A stretch of DNA of 55,219 nucleotides, filler included, from Sluysia triapertura (lineage: Eukaryota): assembly GCA_046118255.1 (NCBI GenBank). It is 4 parts of 4 records of this genome, joined end to end, with 100 filler letters (N's around TTAATTAATTAA, not from the genome) between each part and the next. Parts side by side here need not be neighbours in the genome. Positions count along the whole stretch, not along the records: positions 21,914 to 43,193 come from JBJNIA010261729.1; 3 more parts are not named here. One strand, 5' to 3'. The notes below the pieces were generated by a model. The model worked only from the letters and a program-made list of their open reading frames with translations. It ran no database searches and was not told the origin of the DNA. Made by a program: the position numbers and the translations under genes. Below are positions 26,258-39,040 of this stretch, piece after piece (within the stretch, counting starts at the first letter, position 1; each line of letters opens with the position of its first letter).

Positions 26258-26433
26258 TGTCACCGCCATCATCATCGGTGACATTTTGTTTAACATTCAA
26301 AATTATCTGTCAGCGATGATGATGGCAGCCATAATAATTGGCTAAATCATCACCAAATAATGACTATATTGGTTATCCAACCAAAATCGTGGATGTATAA
26401 ACATCATTTACATGATTTGGTTGGATAACCAAT
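26258..26433. promoter_or_regulatory. cassette conserved region, copy E (two hairpins)
   Basis: Perfect 18-bp inverted repeat 26368-26385/26416-26433 (attggttatccaaccaaa), plus a 19-bp (18/19) inverted repeat 26265-26283/26308-26326; ORF starts 84 bp downstream. Confidence 0.65.
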
Positions 26434-26516
26434 CAAAAATACATTTGTAAAAATACAAATTTAGAAATTATGATTTTAATTTTAATTTTAATTTTTGTAA
26501 AACTAACTTAATTAAA

Positions 26517-27247
26517 ATGATGTCTAATCTCGAAATGCTGTATGACCATAAAGACAATCATAATGAAGTAAATAAAATGTCTCAGAATTATTTAGTACTC
26601 CATGAAGATAATCATGATGAAGTAAATAAATTATCTTCAAACTATTTAGTAATCGACAAAGACAATCATAATGATGTAAATAAATTGTCTCTCAATTATT
26701 TAGTATTTCATAAAGATAATCACGATGATGTAAATAAATTATCTTTGAATTGCTTAGTACTTGATCAAGTTAATCAAATATTGTTGAACCATTTAGTACT
26801 TAATCCTCACAATCGTAAAGATGCAATTAAACTATTTTTGAGTTATTTAGTGCATAACCAAGACATGATCATGAGTCGATCGAACTATTTACGATTCGTT
26901 ATGTGCATTATCAAACCGATCATAAAAATTCAATTCAACTATCGATGTGTTACTTAAAATATGAACGAGATGATGACAAAGGTTTGGTCAGACTACCTAC
27001 AGGCCGCTACGTACGCTGTCAAGCTGATCGTAAAGACGTAACGAAATTATCGATGAGTTACTCAGCACATAAACAGGATCATGATAAAACTTTAGTTAGA
27101 CTAGCATTTAATTTTTATTTAAAGTCTTACAAAACTATAAACTCCGTGGCTCAAAAAGTCTCACTCAACGATCTTAATGTAAAATCCAATAAAATAATAT
27201 TTAATGTAAATTTAAATAATAATGATCATTTTTCTAAATTTTTTTAG
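26517..27247 (+). CDS. cassette E cargo: 19-aa (57-bp) tandem-repeat ORF, frameshifted
   Basis: HKDNHNEVNKMSQNYLVL-type unit repeated about 4 times with degenerate copies after. Similar units (DRKDVTKLSMSY) continue in the overlapping ORF 26903-27247. Confidence 0.5.
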
Positions 27248-27540
27248 ATAAAGAAACAAATTGACTCTAAGGGATTTATGCGGAAGTAAACGTCTATATA
27301 TTATAAGTATAAATCGTCAATTTTATAATGAATATTTTATAATCAAGTTATTTTATATCTTGTTTAATGTATTTCATAAAGTCATTTCAAATTGTGAATT
27401 AATTGTCAAAGATAATTTGAACTACCTATTAAATAAATTAAAGAATAATCCTTTTCTGAACTTAGGAAATTTCTTACAAGATCAAAATATAAACCTAAAC
27501 ATTCAATTTAAATTAACATTACCAAAATTCACAAATTTAC

Positions 27541-27990
27541 TTTTCCTTAATTAAGTTAATTAAGATTTTAATTAATTAATCAATTTTTAGACTTAATCTT
27601 ATTTTATGTTTAAAGGTTCTAAAATTATTTATTAGTTTATAAAGCATTCAGGAGGCTCTAGATGTTTTCACCTTCACTTTTCTGATTTCCTTTTCTACTT
27701 TGCGTTAATTACTACCATACTAGATTTATCCTTAGTACCAATAACAATTTTAAAGATTTTAAGATTTTAAATATTTCATAAGGTTACTCAAAGATCTTAA
27801 ATGCTTATCAAGGTTTTAAAATTACTTAAAGGTTGATAAGTACTTAAATGATTTCAAGGTCAAGAAGTTCTAAGGTGTCTTAATTCTTCTATAGGTTTTC
27901 CAAACCTCCACAAAAGTATTTGGAAATCCAAGGTGTTTTTCAGATCTTATCATTCTTACTCCAATAATGTTTATAATATTCTATCCATCA
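27541..27990 (+). repeat. dispersed ~450-bp repeat (distal arm of cassette E)
   Basis: Colinear with 33697-34194: ttaattaagttaattaagatttt.., attcaggaggctctagatgttttcaccttcac.., aatgtttataat..atccatca. Confidence 0.9.
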
Positions 27991-28429
27991 GCCTGACAAT
28001 CCCAAAATGGAGAATATGTAATTTAATAAAATGTTTATTAAGTGTTTTATTTTCACTAAAAAACGAAATTACTTTCTATTGGTTTGGGGTTGAGTGACTG
28101 ATGATCAAATGATGTTCAAATTGTATATATTTGTCTATATTATTTTTGAATTGTTTTATTATTTTATTTTATTTTATTATTCTATTTATTTTATTTATTT
28201 AAATATTATCATTATTGCAAATATTAAAGCAAAAAATTTTTAACAATTAAATTTAAAAATTAAAAATTAATATTAAAGAAATATTAAATTGCATTAAAAA
28301 TTAACAAAAATTGTTTTAATCAATCATTAGTGTAAATCAATTCTCCATATTTAAAAATTTTACTATAAATACTATTGGAATTAATACATAAATTTAACAA
28401 TGTAAATCGACAAGAGAAGAAGAAAAGAA

Positions 28430-28965
28430 TCCATATTGTGAAAATCCATGCACACGAAATAATTTTATTATTTAAGTACCTTACTATTAAGGACTAAAAT
28501 CCTAGGTAAGCCAATTAAAATTATAAACTTTACCTTAAAGGATAGTATAATTTGTAACTTTAAAATCAAATTTAAATATTAAGTGGAGTTGTTCTACATA
28601 AATATTAAATTATTATCATTATAATGTATATTTCTTTTTTACTTCGGAGTATTGTATAAGTGTATAATTTTAGATTTTTATTACGTCGAATAAAAATATT
28701 ATACTACATTTAATTTTGATTTGTTTCTATTAAAATCCCCATCGTTTTTACGCTAGAATAATAAATGCCAGCTCAATATTGATTTAAAATTAGACCTTAC
28801 AGGCTAATTTAATCTTGAATAATTGGCTAGTTCCAGTTATAAATTATCAAGACTTAAATATTGATTATTAAGTCAATGAATCTGAAGCAAAATTAACAGT
28901 TCATATAATCTTGACACTGAGACGACGATAAAAAGCGAAATGTTACTAGCTTTTGTTGTAAAAAT
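28430..28965 (+). mobile_element. possible Penelope-like 3' remnant
   Basis: LQANLILNNWLVPVINYQ resembles a GIY-YIG C-terminus (E..I....P.IN.Q), followed by CTGAGACGACG..GCGAAA, a degenerate hammerhead-like core. Confidence 0.3.
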
Positions 28966-29279
28966 AGTAATAGTATTTAAAGAAACAATTCAAAAACTAA
29001 TTTTGTTGTTTTTAGTATGAATAAAATTATAAAAATTATTTACTGTCTAATAGTAACAGTAATATTTAATTCTTTAATGCTTCATATTTAAATATTTATA
29101 GCTTTACATGTTAAAATTTTAAAAAGGTTTATATCTAGCAGTAATCGGTATTGAAAATAATCATTATACTTTATTAATAAAATATGATAAAAATAGTACT
29201 GAACAAAAATTATAAATATTTTATAGCTAAAATGTATAATTGTCTTGTGAATCCAAATATTACATGTTCATATAATTAT

Positions 29280-30933
29280 GCACAGGATCAGCAGCAGTAA
29301 TAGTGTCAGCAATAGCATCACCAGGTACATCATCAATATCCTGATCTACCATATCATCATTGAGAAGATCTTCAACTTTAATGGGCTAGAACAAATTGAC
29401 TTCATAAGGAAACTGTACATGAAACTCCTACATCTTCAATAACTGGAACTACCATGTCATCATCAATTTTATCGCTTTTGACTTTAATGCGTCATCATCA
29501 AATTCATCAAACACTACGACAGGAATTTGCCCAGGAATGGAGATAACATCAATTTCTAACTTCAAATCAGAAGTATTAATTTCATCATAATTAAGATGCC
29601 AAAACGTAAAATCTGCATAACTAGGACTAGGTACAGAACTTAATCTGGTACCTAGTACAAGTGAGAGGCAGCTAATCACAACTTGATCATCATCATCTGG
29701 GATATTAAAAGTGAATTGATGGCTAAGTGATGAAAATAACATAAATTTCATTAGTTGAAGTATAATCCATCCATAATGACCTAAAAGGCCAGTGGTTATG
29801 ATCATGGAGAATGTACCTCAATTAACAAGATTTGCATGTCCGGCCGCAGTTCTTACACACAATTTTAATAATAGCAAAGATGTATTGTACATTAAATTAA
29901 AATCTTTGCCCGAAGGCTGTGCAATAACGATATTAACAACCCAACGAATGAGTTTTGATTGCCGTTCAAAAGGGCTGTTGTTCGTCATCATTTGCCAGAT
30001 CAGAATTTGCAGGAAGAACCGGAACATGGGCTGCAGTTGGGACAGCTAGCGGAGTGATTGTTGGCTGACGGGTACCGGGACAAGATATGATTGGTATACA
30101 TTCTCTAAGACATTTTAAGCATTCCAATAGAAATGTCTACCAGCAATTTGAAAGTCTTAAGGATACTAATGTTATGAAGGTTCTTTGTGCCAATAACCGG
30201 GAAAATTAAAGTGAAGATTCTGACCTTACGTCTGACGATTTTGCTAAGATGTTGGGAGAATAGTGAATATTTCACAGAGTTTTCCTTATAAATATCTGAA
30301 TAAGTATCGATTTTATCAAACGGCGTTTTAACATCAATAAGAAATCATTGTACGAGAATAGTAAGTCAGGCCGCTGACGTTTGATATGATCAGGAACATC
30401 AGATCGGTTACAAATGAGGCAGCACTGAGCATCACAGTTAACATAAATTCCATTATTTCAGAAGAAAGAAGCGATACGTCCAAGTGCTAAGTTGTGGAGC
30501 AAGTTAATAAGGCTGGAGTTTAAAGGGCAGTGGTTAAGAACGTGAGGTACAGATTCGCACTTAATAGAACATCGCCGACAGTTAATAGGGAGATTTGATT
30601 TCAAGTTTCTCGCAGTGAAATTTAGAGGTGAAGTATTTGTTCGGGCTTTGAGCAAGAAGAAGAAAGTGTTATCAGGGATTTCGGAGCTCATGAGCATTCT
30701 ATTCGTAAGTCGAGACTGTGCGAGAGAAGAAGTCAGGAGAGATTGGCACTCCAAGGACTGCCATCTTGATGAAAGGCCTGAGTGACGTTATCCTTTTCAT
30801 CTTTGGTGAAAAAAATGCAGAGAAAGAATTAAAGAAAGAAAAAGCAAACAAGACTCGAATATCGTGTTTGGATTTAAGAGCCTTGCAGAAGTCTCTAACG
30901 TTGAACCACAGAGTTGGCTTGGAGGGATAAATT
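29280..30933 (-). mobile_element. RLE-type (R2/NeSL-group) non-LTR retrotransposon, 5'-truncated remnant
   Basis: KARTNT..CRRCSIKCESVPHVLNHC..LHN (CCHC knuckle + RHN-like motif), then QRPDLL..IDVKTPF..KY..FPVIG (PD..D.K restriction-like endonuclease) at ~30100-30750. GC-richer broken frames continue to ~29280, where membership in the element is less certain. Confidence 0.8.
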
Positions 30934-31001
30934 TCAGCCTCGTCTAACAATTTTTAGATTATTATAGTCAACCATACCAAATGACACTTTAGGCCTTAAA
31001 C
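30934..31001 (-). repeat. second copy of tRNA-unit leader plus first 7 nt of the tRNA-like sequence
   Basis: Reverse complement gtttaaggcctaaagtg..ttgactataataa..ttgttagacgaggctga aligns with 48672-48739. Confidence 0.85.
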
Positions 31002-32751
31002 GTTACAACCAATTAAAATAACTAATTTTTACATTATCTGCTTCAACGTGCTTAATGTATATGTTAGGAGAAATCCTATTACATATATTTATTTATTTTG
31101 TGTTCATAATTCCTTGTTTATATATAACGATTTATTCACGAGTTTGTATAATATATATATTAGTCTTAATAATTACGAAAAACCGTAGATAAACTTTTAG
31201 AACAAATTCAAAATTCAAATTAGAGACCCTCCAATATATTAACAAATTAATCAATTGCATCAAGACTAAGGACTCTTTCGCAGCGTTTATCTATCACTTC
31301 CTATAACTAAGTCTTCCGAGAGGTATAAATCTTAGATTATAGGCGAACCCAGTGAGTTAACCATAATTGTTCGTTAGAATAAAATAAATAAAAGAATCAA
31401 ACAACCGAACAGAATGATAATAAAGTTGAACAAAGACGGAAATTGCAGTCGACATTTAATCGGCGAAATTAGTCAGCTTATTGCTTTAATTTCACTAATT
31501 GCGATGAAACTGCTATATAAGCAGTTACATTTTTGTAGAAGCGAGAATAATAACAGAGTCAAGATAAATCAAATTAAGAAAACATTTTAACTGTAGGGAA
31601 ATGGTGAAACCAAAGTCATTTCTTTAGCAATTGATTAAAATAATCCATTTTCTTTTTAAGACAAGGGTTAGTAATATATTTCTTACTGGTTATATTTTGC
31701 ATTGATACATGTGCTAAACTTTAAAGAAGTTGTGTCAACCCTGATTATAATTTATCTTTAAAGAATAATTCGCACTGTCATTGTTATAAAAAATAATTTG
31801 TATTGTCATAATTTTATATATTCTATTTGTAATTTTGTGATAATATAACGAATAAATCGAGATTTTGAGTTTATTTAGTTATTGAGTTCTAATCTAATAA
31901 TCTGGGAAAATAAAAATAATAAGAAACACAACATATATATACATGGTCAATTTTATTATTGAAAATTTTTAAATGTCAAGTTGTAAATTTTATTTTTGTA
32001 TATAATTTTGTAAAATAATTATTTTATTATTATATGAATTAAATTAATAAAATAGGGAAATTAATTAAATAATTTAATATTAAAAAAATTAAAATTAGTA
32101 TAATTTCCAAACCAATATTTTTAGTTTTAAATATAATTAATAAAATAATTTAATATTAAAAATTTTAAAAGAAATATTTTTAATTTATATTTTTGTTTTA
32201 ATTAATTATTTTTATAAATATTTCCTTTCTTTAGAAATTAGGTAATTTTAATTAAATACTTTAATAAAGATTAAAGATGGCGACAAGTAAGCTATTATAA
32301 ATTGCTATGATTTTTGTAGCAATAGTGTTAATATTAGTGTTGCGTCTTTAAAATTTGTTAGTTATTACAACTCAATATTATTATCTTGATCAGCTCAAAC
32401 CTTAATCATTTCAATAATCAATATATCAAGTATAATTTTGCCGTAATCTTCTTTCTTAATATTAATGATGATTACCCAAAATTTAACATCTTGAAAATCA
32501 AATCAAAGCTAAGACAATAATGTACTATTAAATAAAAATCGAAATAGAATTTATTATTAATATTAATATGAGTTTTCACTGAATAAAACTAAAATGACAA
32601 AAATAAAAATAGCGTTTACAATAATAACAAGGGTATTACAATTTCTTTAAAATAAAACAACCAGGAGTGACGCAACAGACTAGGAATATCAATATCCAGG
32701 AAGTTTAAAATATTAATGTTGGATAACTATTATATCTTAAAAGAACGAACT

Positions 32752-32965
32752 GTAAAGGGAGTTTCTTACTAAATGATAATAAAATTCCTTAAAAGCAAAA
32801 ATAAATTTAATATTTTAAAATAAAATAACGAAGGGAGTCTTTCCCTAAATGATATTAAAATACCTTTAAAAAATAATAAATTTAATAGTTTAAAATAAAA
32901 TAGCGAAGGGGGTCTCCCACTAAATAATAATAAAATCCCTTAAAAAATAACAACTTTAATATTAA
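32752..32965. repeat. tandem repeat, ~75-bp unit x3
   Basis: aaggg.gt.t....ctaaat.ata.taaaat.cc.ttaaaa..aa..taat recurs three times. Confidence 0.8.
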
Positions 32966-33696
32966 CAAATTTAATATTTTTAACAAAATTAGTTGTTTAT
33001 TTTATTTTAATAATAAATAAATAAATAAAATTAAACATCTTACCCTAAGTATGGATTTTCATATCTATCATCATCATTTTTGTCGTCGTCATTGTTATTA
33101 TTGGTGTTATTATGTTATTGTGTTGCAAAAATTTTGAAATCTTTATTTTATACTCTCTCATCATCCAATTAATTCACAATCTCACAACCAAACATTCTCT
33201 CACACAAATCATCCAAGCCTCTGTGAGAATCAAACCGACAATAACAAATTTGACAATTACATGGTACGGTCTGTCTAACTTTATTAGGTACAAAGCATAG
33301 AAATCTGATATATTATCAGCCATAATTTCCTTTTCAGTCTATTTTTACGTAAATTACTTCCCTATTAAAATAACAATCAGCAATACTGTTAACATACATA
33401 AAATAATGAATTTAATTTCACTTTCTATTTTTTAATTAATTTTCTATTTTTCACACCTAATCTTCTAATGAAAAATGTTTTAAGGTTCTTATTGTCAAAC
33501 GAACCATTTTACAAACATTTCGAGTTCACTCATAGATTCTCCTCTTTCATAGCAATCGTCTCATATTCCATTCATCATATTTGCATCAATCGGTCAAACC
33601 ATACCTTCATCGAAAGGTCTTTTCAAAACAAATACAAACACAGTTTCAAATTTAACACTGCATTCTGCATTCAAAAGTTATTCACAAAACCGTACG

Positions 33697-34194
33697 TTTT
33701 CTTAATTAAGTTAATTAAGATTTTTAATTAATTAATCTATTTTTAGACTCATTCTATGTTTAAAGGTTTTGTTGAGGTTCTAAAGTTATTTAATAGTTTA
33801 TAAGGTATTCAGGAGGCTCTAGATGTTTTCACCTTCACCTCTCTGATTCTTTTTTCCACTTCTTCATGTTAATTATCACTAGGTTAAACTTATCTTTATT
33901 ATTTTGAACAAAGATTTAATTTCTCAATCATTTTAAAGATTTTACACACTTCATAAGGATACTTAAGTATCTCAAATGCTTATCGACATTTCAATAATAC
34001 TTAAGAGTTACTAAGGTCTTCAATGATCCAAAGGTTCTAAAAGTTTTTCAAGTCCATCTCAAGCTTCCACAAGATCTCAAACCCTTATATATGTCTTTGG
34101 AACTCCAAGGTATTCTTTAACTGTTAACATTATTATAGATGTTTTCTTTATGATGATTCTTATTTCAACAATGTTTATAATGTTAAATCCATCA
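33697..34194 (+). repeat. dispersed repeat, second copy of 27541-27990
   Basis: Colinear alignment by eye with several long exact blocks. Confidence 0.9.
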
Positions 34195-34264
34195 CTTGTA
34201 TCAGTTTTTCCCTCATTTTATGATTTTATATATTTTCTTTCATTTCCGGATCCATAGTTGGGCA

Positions 34265-34462
34265 ATCCCAACAATTTCATTGAGACATAATAATAATGTA
34301 TACAGAATTCACAGTGATAACAAGCTAAGTGATAGGTTGTATACTGTTTTTGTCTCAAAAATATACAACCAGTTACCAGATAATGTCAAATTGCTGGAAG
34401 ATTATGAAATATTTAAGAAAAAATCAGAGTTCTTTCTGTTTCAGAAATACTATGGTGAATGA
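34265..34462 (+). mobile_element. L2/CR1-group LINE extreme 3' coding remnant
   Basis: SLR..SDRLYTVFVSKIYNQLPDNVK..FKKKSEFFLF* matches the R.F....WN.LP...FK..LK..LF terminus. Confidence 0.6.
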
Positions 34463-35725
34463 TTTACCATAAGCGCTTTTGAGTACTTTCGCAGTAGATT
34501 TGATAAAATGAATATCACACAGGTAGATTGACTAAAAGACATAAGTAGAGTACATAAATTTTAAAGATTTAAATATAGTTTTATTAGTTCTTTTTAAAGA
34601 TAAATACTTTACATAAAAGGAGTTGCACTAGGTTTAGCAGAAGTATTTTGAGTTAGTATTATAATAAAGTAACGTATAACTTTTAAATTTTACATTATAA
34701 TATAGATAATTTTGTTTGTGATGTACAAATACAATCTGATAGTTATTACGTTTTAGTTTTAAAGTATTAAAAAGCTCCTAAACAAAAGGTATTTGATGTT
34801 ATGATCAATTCTAAACATGCAGTTATTAAATTATCGAATAATTTATTGTTTAAACCCGGTTGGGAGATGTTTTTACATTTAAGCAACTCTTAATTTGAAA
34901 TTATTTATATTAATTTGCCATTCTATAAGTGAGTTGGATCTAATTATAAAAATAAAATTGAAAGTATAAAAGAACATTATGTGTTTGTCACAATAACAAT
35001 TGTTTCATTATTAGTTGTTTAGTGTTTATAATTGTTAGCTTTCTTGTATTATGATTGAAGTGCCCGAATAAATGACTCTAAGTTAAATATATTTAAAGTT
35101 ATGCACAACATTAAGCTTGGTTATGACTTTTAAACATCATTTTAGCTTTTGTGTAGCGTTTTCATTAAAAGTTATAAAGTTCACAATCTTAATAATCATT
35201 CTAACAAGCACAATCTCAAACACGATTGATTTAAGTATATTTAATTTTGATTTTGTAATTTAAAATTCTTGCTGACAGAAAATCAGTCATTGTGATATTA
35301 ATTATTCATTTTATGTAATTTGAAACCTTTAATTGCTTTGCACTTAAAATGAATATTATTTGTGTTTGTACTATTATTATTTATTTATTTATTATAATTA
35401 TTATTGTTGTAAATCAAAAAATGAACTACATAATAAATCTATATGGTAAACTCTATGAAGTGTTGATGTATTGGATAAAATAGTCTACATGTAATCAATC
35501 AAATCTAAAAGTAGCTTACATATTACAATTTGTGTTACAAATCTGGGTGATACGTTGGATAAAATCTAAAGATAGTTTAAAAACAGCATACAATAAATTA
35601 ATATAGAAATTAAGGCGGGTGTAAATTTACTATTAAAATTTTCAATAGATCGTACTATATAAAAAGTAAATAGCCAAATTAATGAGAAAATTCTAGAAAA
35701 TTAAGCATAAAAAACGTTTACTTAC

Positions 35726-38700
35726 ATTATCATACTCCTCAAATTCATCACGTTCTTTCATTGAGCAATTACGACCAATAGGACTAACGTTTAACATACC
35801 CATTCGAAATTCAACAAAAGTACCACGTTTACAAGGTAATTTTAAATTCGACAAATAAAATAATATGTAATTGATTAACTCTTGTAAATTATCATCTCCC
35901 AATTCGTCTGAAATACTCTGAAAAAATTGTATAATAATCGAATGAAACATTGAGCATAAATTCAAAAATTACTATTTGAATTACTATTTTAAATAATGTA
36001 ACCTAATTTTACAACTTAATAATTTTGTACAATAATGTCATTAAAATTAAATTTGTATATGTATATGTATTTGTATTTGTATATAAATATTTGTATATTT
36101 CGCTTTTCTCAACAAAAGAATGAAAGTTATCTGGCAAAATTTTATCATTATCTAAATTATGGTCATTTTCCATCGAATAATTTATTTATTAACGTACAAA
36201 TATTCTTTGAAATTTATTTCTGATAAGTTTCCACAAGACTTTATTATATCATTTCGTTGTTTTATCAGTTTTTTTCATTATACTTTACTTAAAATTTTTT
36301 CATCAATATTTCAACAACTTAATGAAAAATATTCCTTAAATTCTATCCTTTTGTGTAACTTTACATAAAAAATCATAATTATTAACAAAAATTAAATTTC
36401 ACTTAATGAAAATATGCGTAATGTAAAATTAACTTTCTGGTAAATTTTTTATGAATGCATACATTTATATCAAATACAATTTTAGCAATGTTATAATTAT
36501 ACAATTTCTCGAAAATAAGACAGGGCTGATATTCACTTTTTTGGGGGATTTGTCCTATTTTCGTCATCGAAAAACAAAGTTACAAAGTAGAGAATTATGA
36601 AATTTCTAAATAAATAAAAAACATGATGAATAAACACGTTTTATGTTTAAAAACCACTAACTATAAATCATTCAAAAATGAACATGATCATGTCCTCTGA
36701 AATGTATTTCAAGTCAATGGATACCAAGGTTCTGCAGAATTTTCATTTAACTGAATTTCTTTATTTTAAGTCATTCTCATGGATATTATGTGACAAAGGA
36801 GAAATTCTTTGATAAAATCTCACTTGGAGGATTGTCTGATAGTGAATCACATTTACAATCTTGTTATAGTCAGTCACAGTCAGAAAGTGAACTAAAGAAT
36901 GCTTTGACAATGAAAGTATCTCAGAATGTATTGTAATTTAAATACAGAAGTATATGCTAAAGAATGCATTGGACGCCTTTTCAAAACATTCATTGACTTT
37001 TATTAGGTATCCGAATCATCTGGCAACTAGGTCTTAAATTAAAATCATCCTGGAACATCGCCATAGGTCTTATTTTCAAGGCTGGTTTTATTTTCGGGGA
37101 AACAGAGTACCAAAATATGCTTAATAGAAAATTCCAATATGCAAAATTATTTTGAAGTTTTAAAAAAATATAAAAAGTATAAACAAAAGTATATAAATCA
37201 AACCGTTTTAGATATCAAAGATCCATATTTATGGAAGACATTGCCATTTTCTGAGAATATAAATTCAAATGTCCGAACAACTAAAAATTGCAGTAAACAT
37301 TGAATAAAAAAGTACTTTTTTAAATTCTTATTAAATATATCAAAATCAAATTATTGCTTCTGAGAATAATTTCTTAGTAAAAATAATATTTTTAGTAAAT
37401 TGAAACATCTTATAATTTGAAAATAAATTTTATAAAAACGAAAGAAAAAAGTAGAATGTAAAAAATATAGCTGCAACTCACCGCACTATATTAACAAGAG
37501 TATAAGCTGGGGTTCACAAGGAAGCGCCAGAAAAATCAAAATATACGAATTTTTCAAAATAGAAATAAAAAACGAAGACATACCAAACATAATTAAAAAA
37601 TGATTGCATATGAAAGTATAAATAAATTATAATATGTAAACAAGTTTTGTAGAATGAAATTAATAAATAAAAATGGCCATGTTATATTAAAATCATTTAT
37701 ATGATATTAACTGCAAAAAAAAATTAGGCTTATAATAATTTGACTATAGCGAGAAATTACGAATAAAAATTATTTTAGAATGAAATTAAAAAACTTATTG
37801 GAGATGGAATATCAGTTGAAAATACCGTAACTATTTTCTTATCCGCCATTTTCTGGAATCCGCTAATTTATTTTTGCAAAAATGAATGTTTAATTTGGAT
37901 TAATAATATATTTTATTAATTATAATATATTATTCATTTTTATACTCTAAAAGCCGCCATATTCTAGAAACCGCCACCTTTTTCATAGTCCCGTTTTTGA
38001 CGGATAAGGAAGTTGTTACTGTACTATATGAGTTTTGTATGTACTACTTCACAATTTTTAATATTTGACAATTTTTATATTAATTTTATAGGTTGATAAT
38101 TATTTTGAATATTACACCTTTTATAATTATTTGCACAAATAGTTCATAATTTGTTGGACATGGATCTTAAATTTTATTAGTGAATAATTTCTTCGACAAT
38201 GAATGTACAAAATAGAATAGGTGTCACATTAATTTCTGTTTACCTATTTTAGTAATTAGAGTATATAAATTTAAAAAATTTGCAAAAAAAACTGTTCATT
38301 TAATTGTGGTCAATTTTGTTATACACTCCATTCTTGTATTAGTCTTGCTTTGTTAATAAACAAAACTCGATAAGAGTTTAATTAATTTGTTGGTGTAGAT
38401 TTTAACTTCATTTAACTATTAAGACTTATACTTCCATCTTTACCAACAGATTCGAATTTAGAACTAAACTCCACGATATAAAGACCATTGATTTTGCGAT
38501 ATAATTCGTTACATATTGAAGTAAAGCTTCCGAAATGTCCTTTTACAACGATAAAATATTACGAAACTACCAAAATCGTAGTATGTAAATCGTAAGGGTT
38601 ACTTAGAAAAATTTTTAAATACTTTTAAAATAATAAGTTAAATTTTTTATAATTACTTATTGAATATGTTCTACTTATTTAAAACCAATAATTATTAAAT

Positions 38701-39040
38701 AGGCAAAATATTGTAATTTAAATAATTATTTAAAATTACGCAATGGACAATTTGTTGCATTTTAATTTTTGTGAAAAAAATTTAGATACATAAAATGTAA
38801 TATATACAAAATGTAATATTAAATTACTTTCAAAACCCCCTAGTTGTTCACATATTTTACTGTAATCAGAACCTCCAACTACTCCGACAGTAACTTTTTC
38901 ATTTGCTTTGTTTAAAATATTAATCATATCGTTATCAATGAGCTAAACATAAAATATATATAACATAACCATACCCTTCGAGGTTTCGTTAATGTTCCAT
39001 CAACATCAAATAAAAATATATCTTCTTTCGAATAACTCAT
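35726..39040 (-). CDS. PMM2: phosphomannomutase (eukaryotic PMM, HAD family), 5' part
   Basis: Exons 39040-38975 ([22 protein letters not shown]), 38942-38828 (..[16 protein letters not shown]..), 37280-37204 (..FIFSENGN..), 35917-35726 (..[33 protein letters not shown]). All GT-AG, phases 0/1/0/0 consistent. 3' exons not located. The symbol denotes the PMM1/PMM2 family. Confidence 0.95.
36500..37107. mobile_element. non-autonomous pogo/Tigger-like element in PMM intron
   Basis: Imperfect TIRs tttctcgaaaataagac ... ggttttattttcggggaaacagag|ta with a repeated gtcttattttc motif. Confidence 0.6.
37825..38021. mobile_element. Tigger/pogo-like MITE in PMM intron
   Basis: TA-flanked imperfect TIRs ccgtaactattttcttatccgcca / tgacggataaggaagttgttactg. 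Confidence 0.7.

Noticed and set aside
78-39040. Genome-wide ciliate-type genetic code
   Set aside because: The reconstructed RasGEF, PMM and 11411-11938 exons contain many CAA/CAG Gln codons and no in-frame TAA/TAG.
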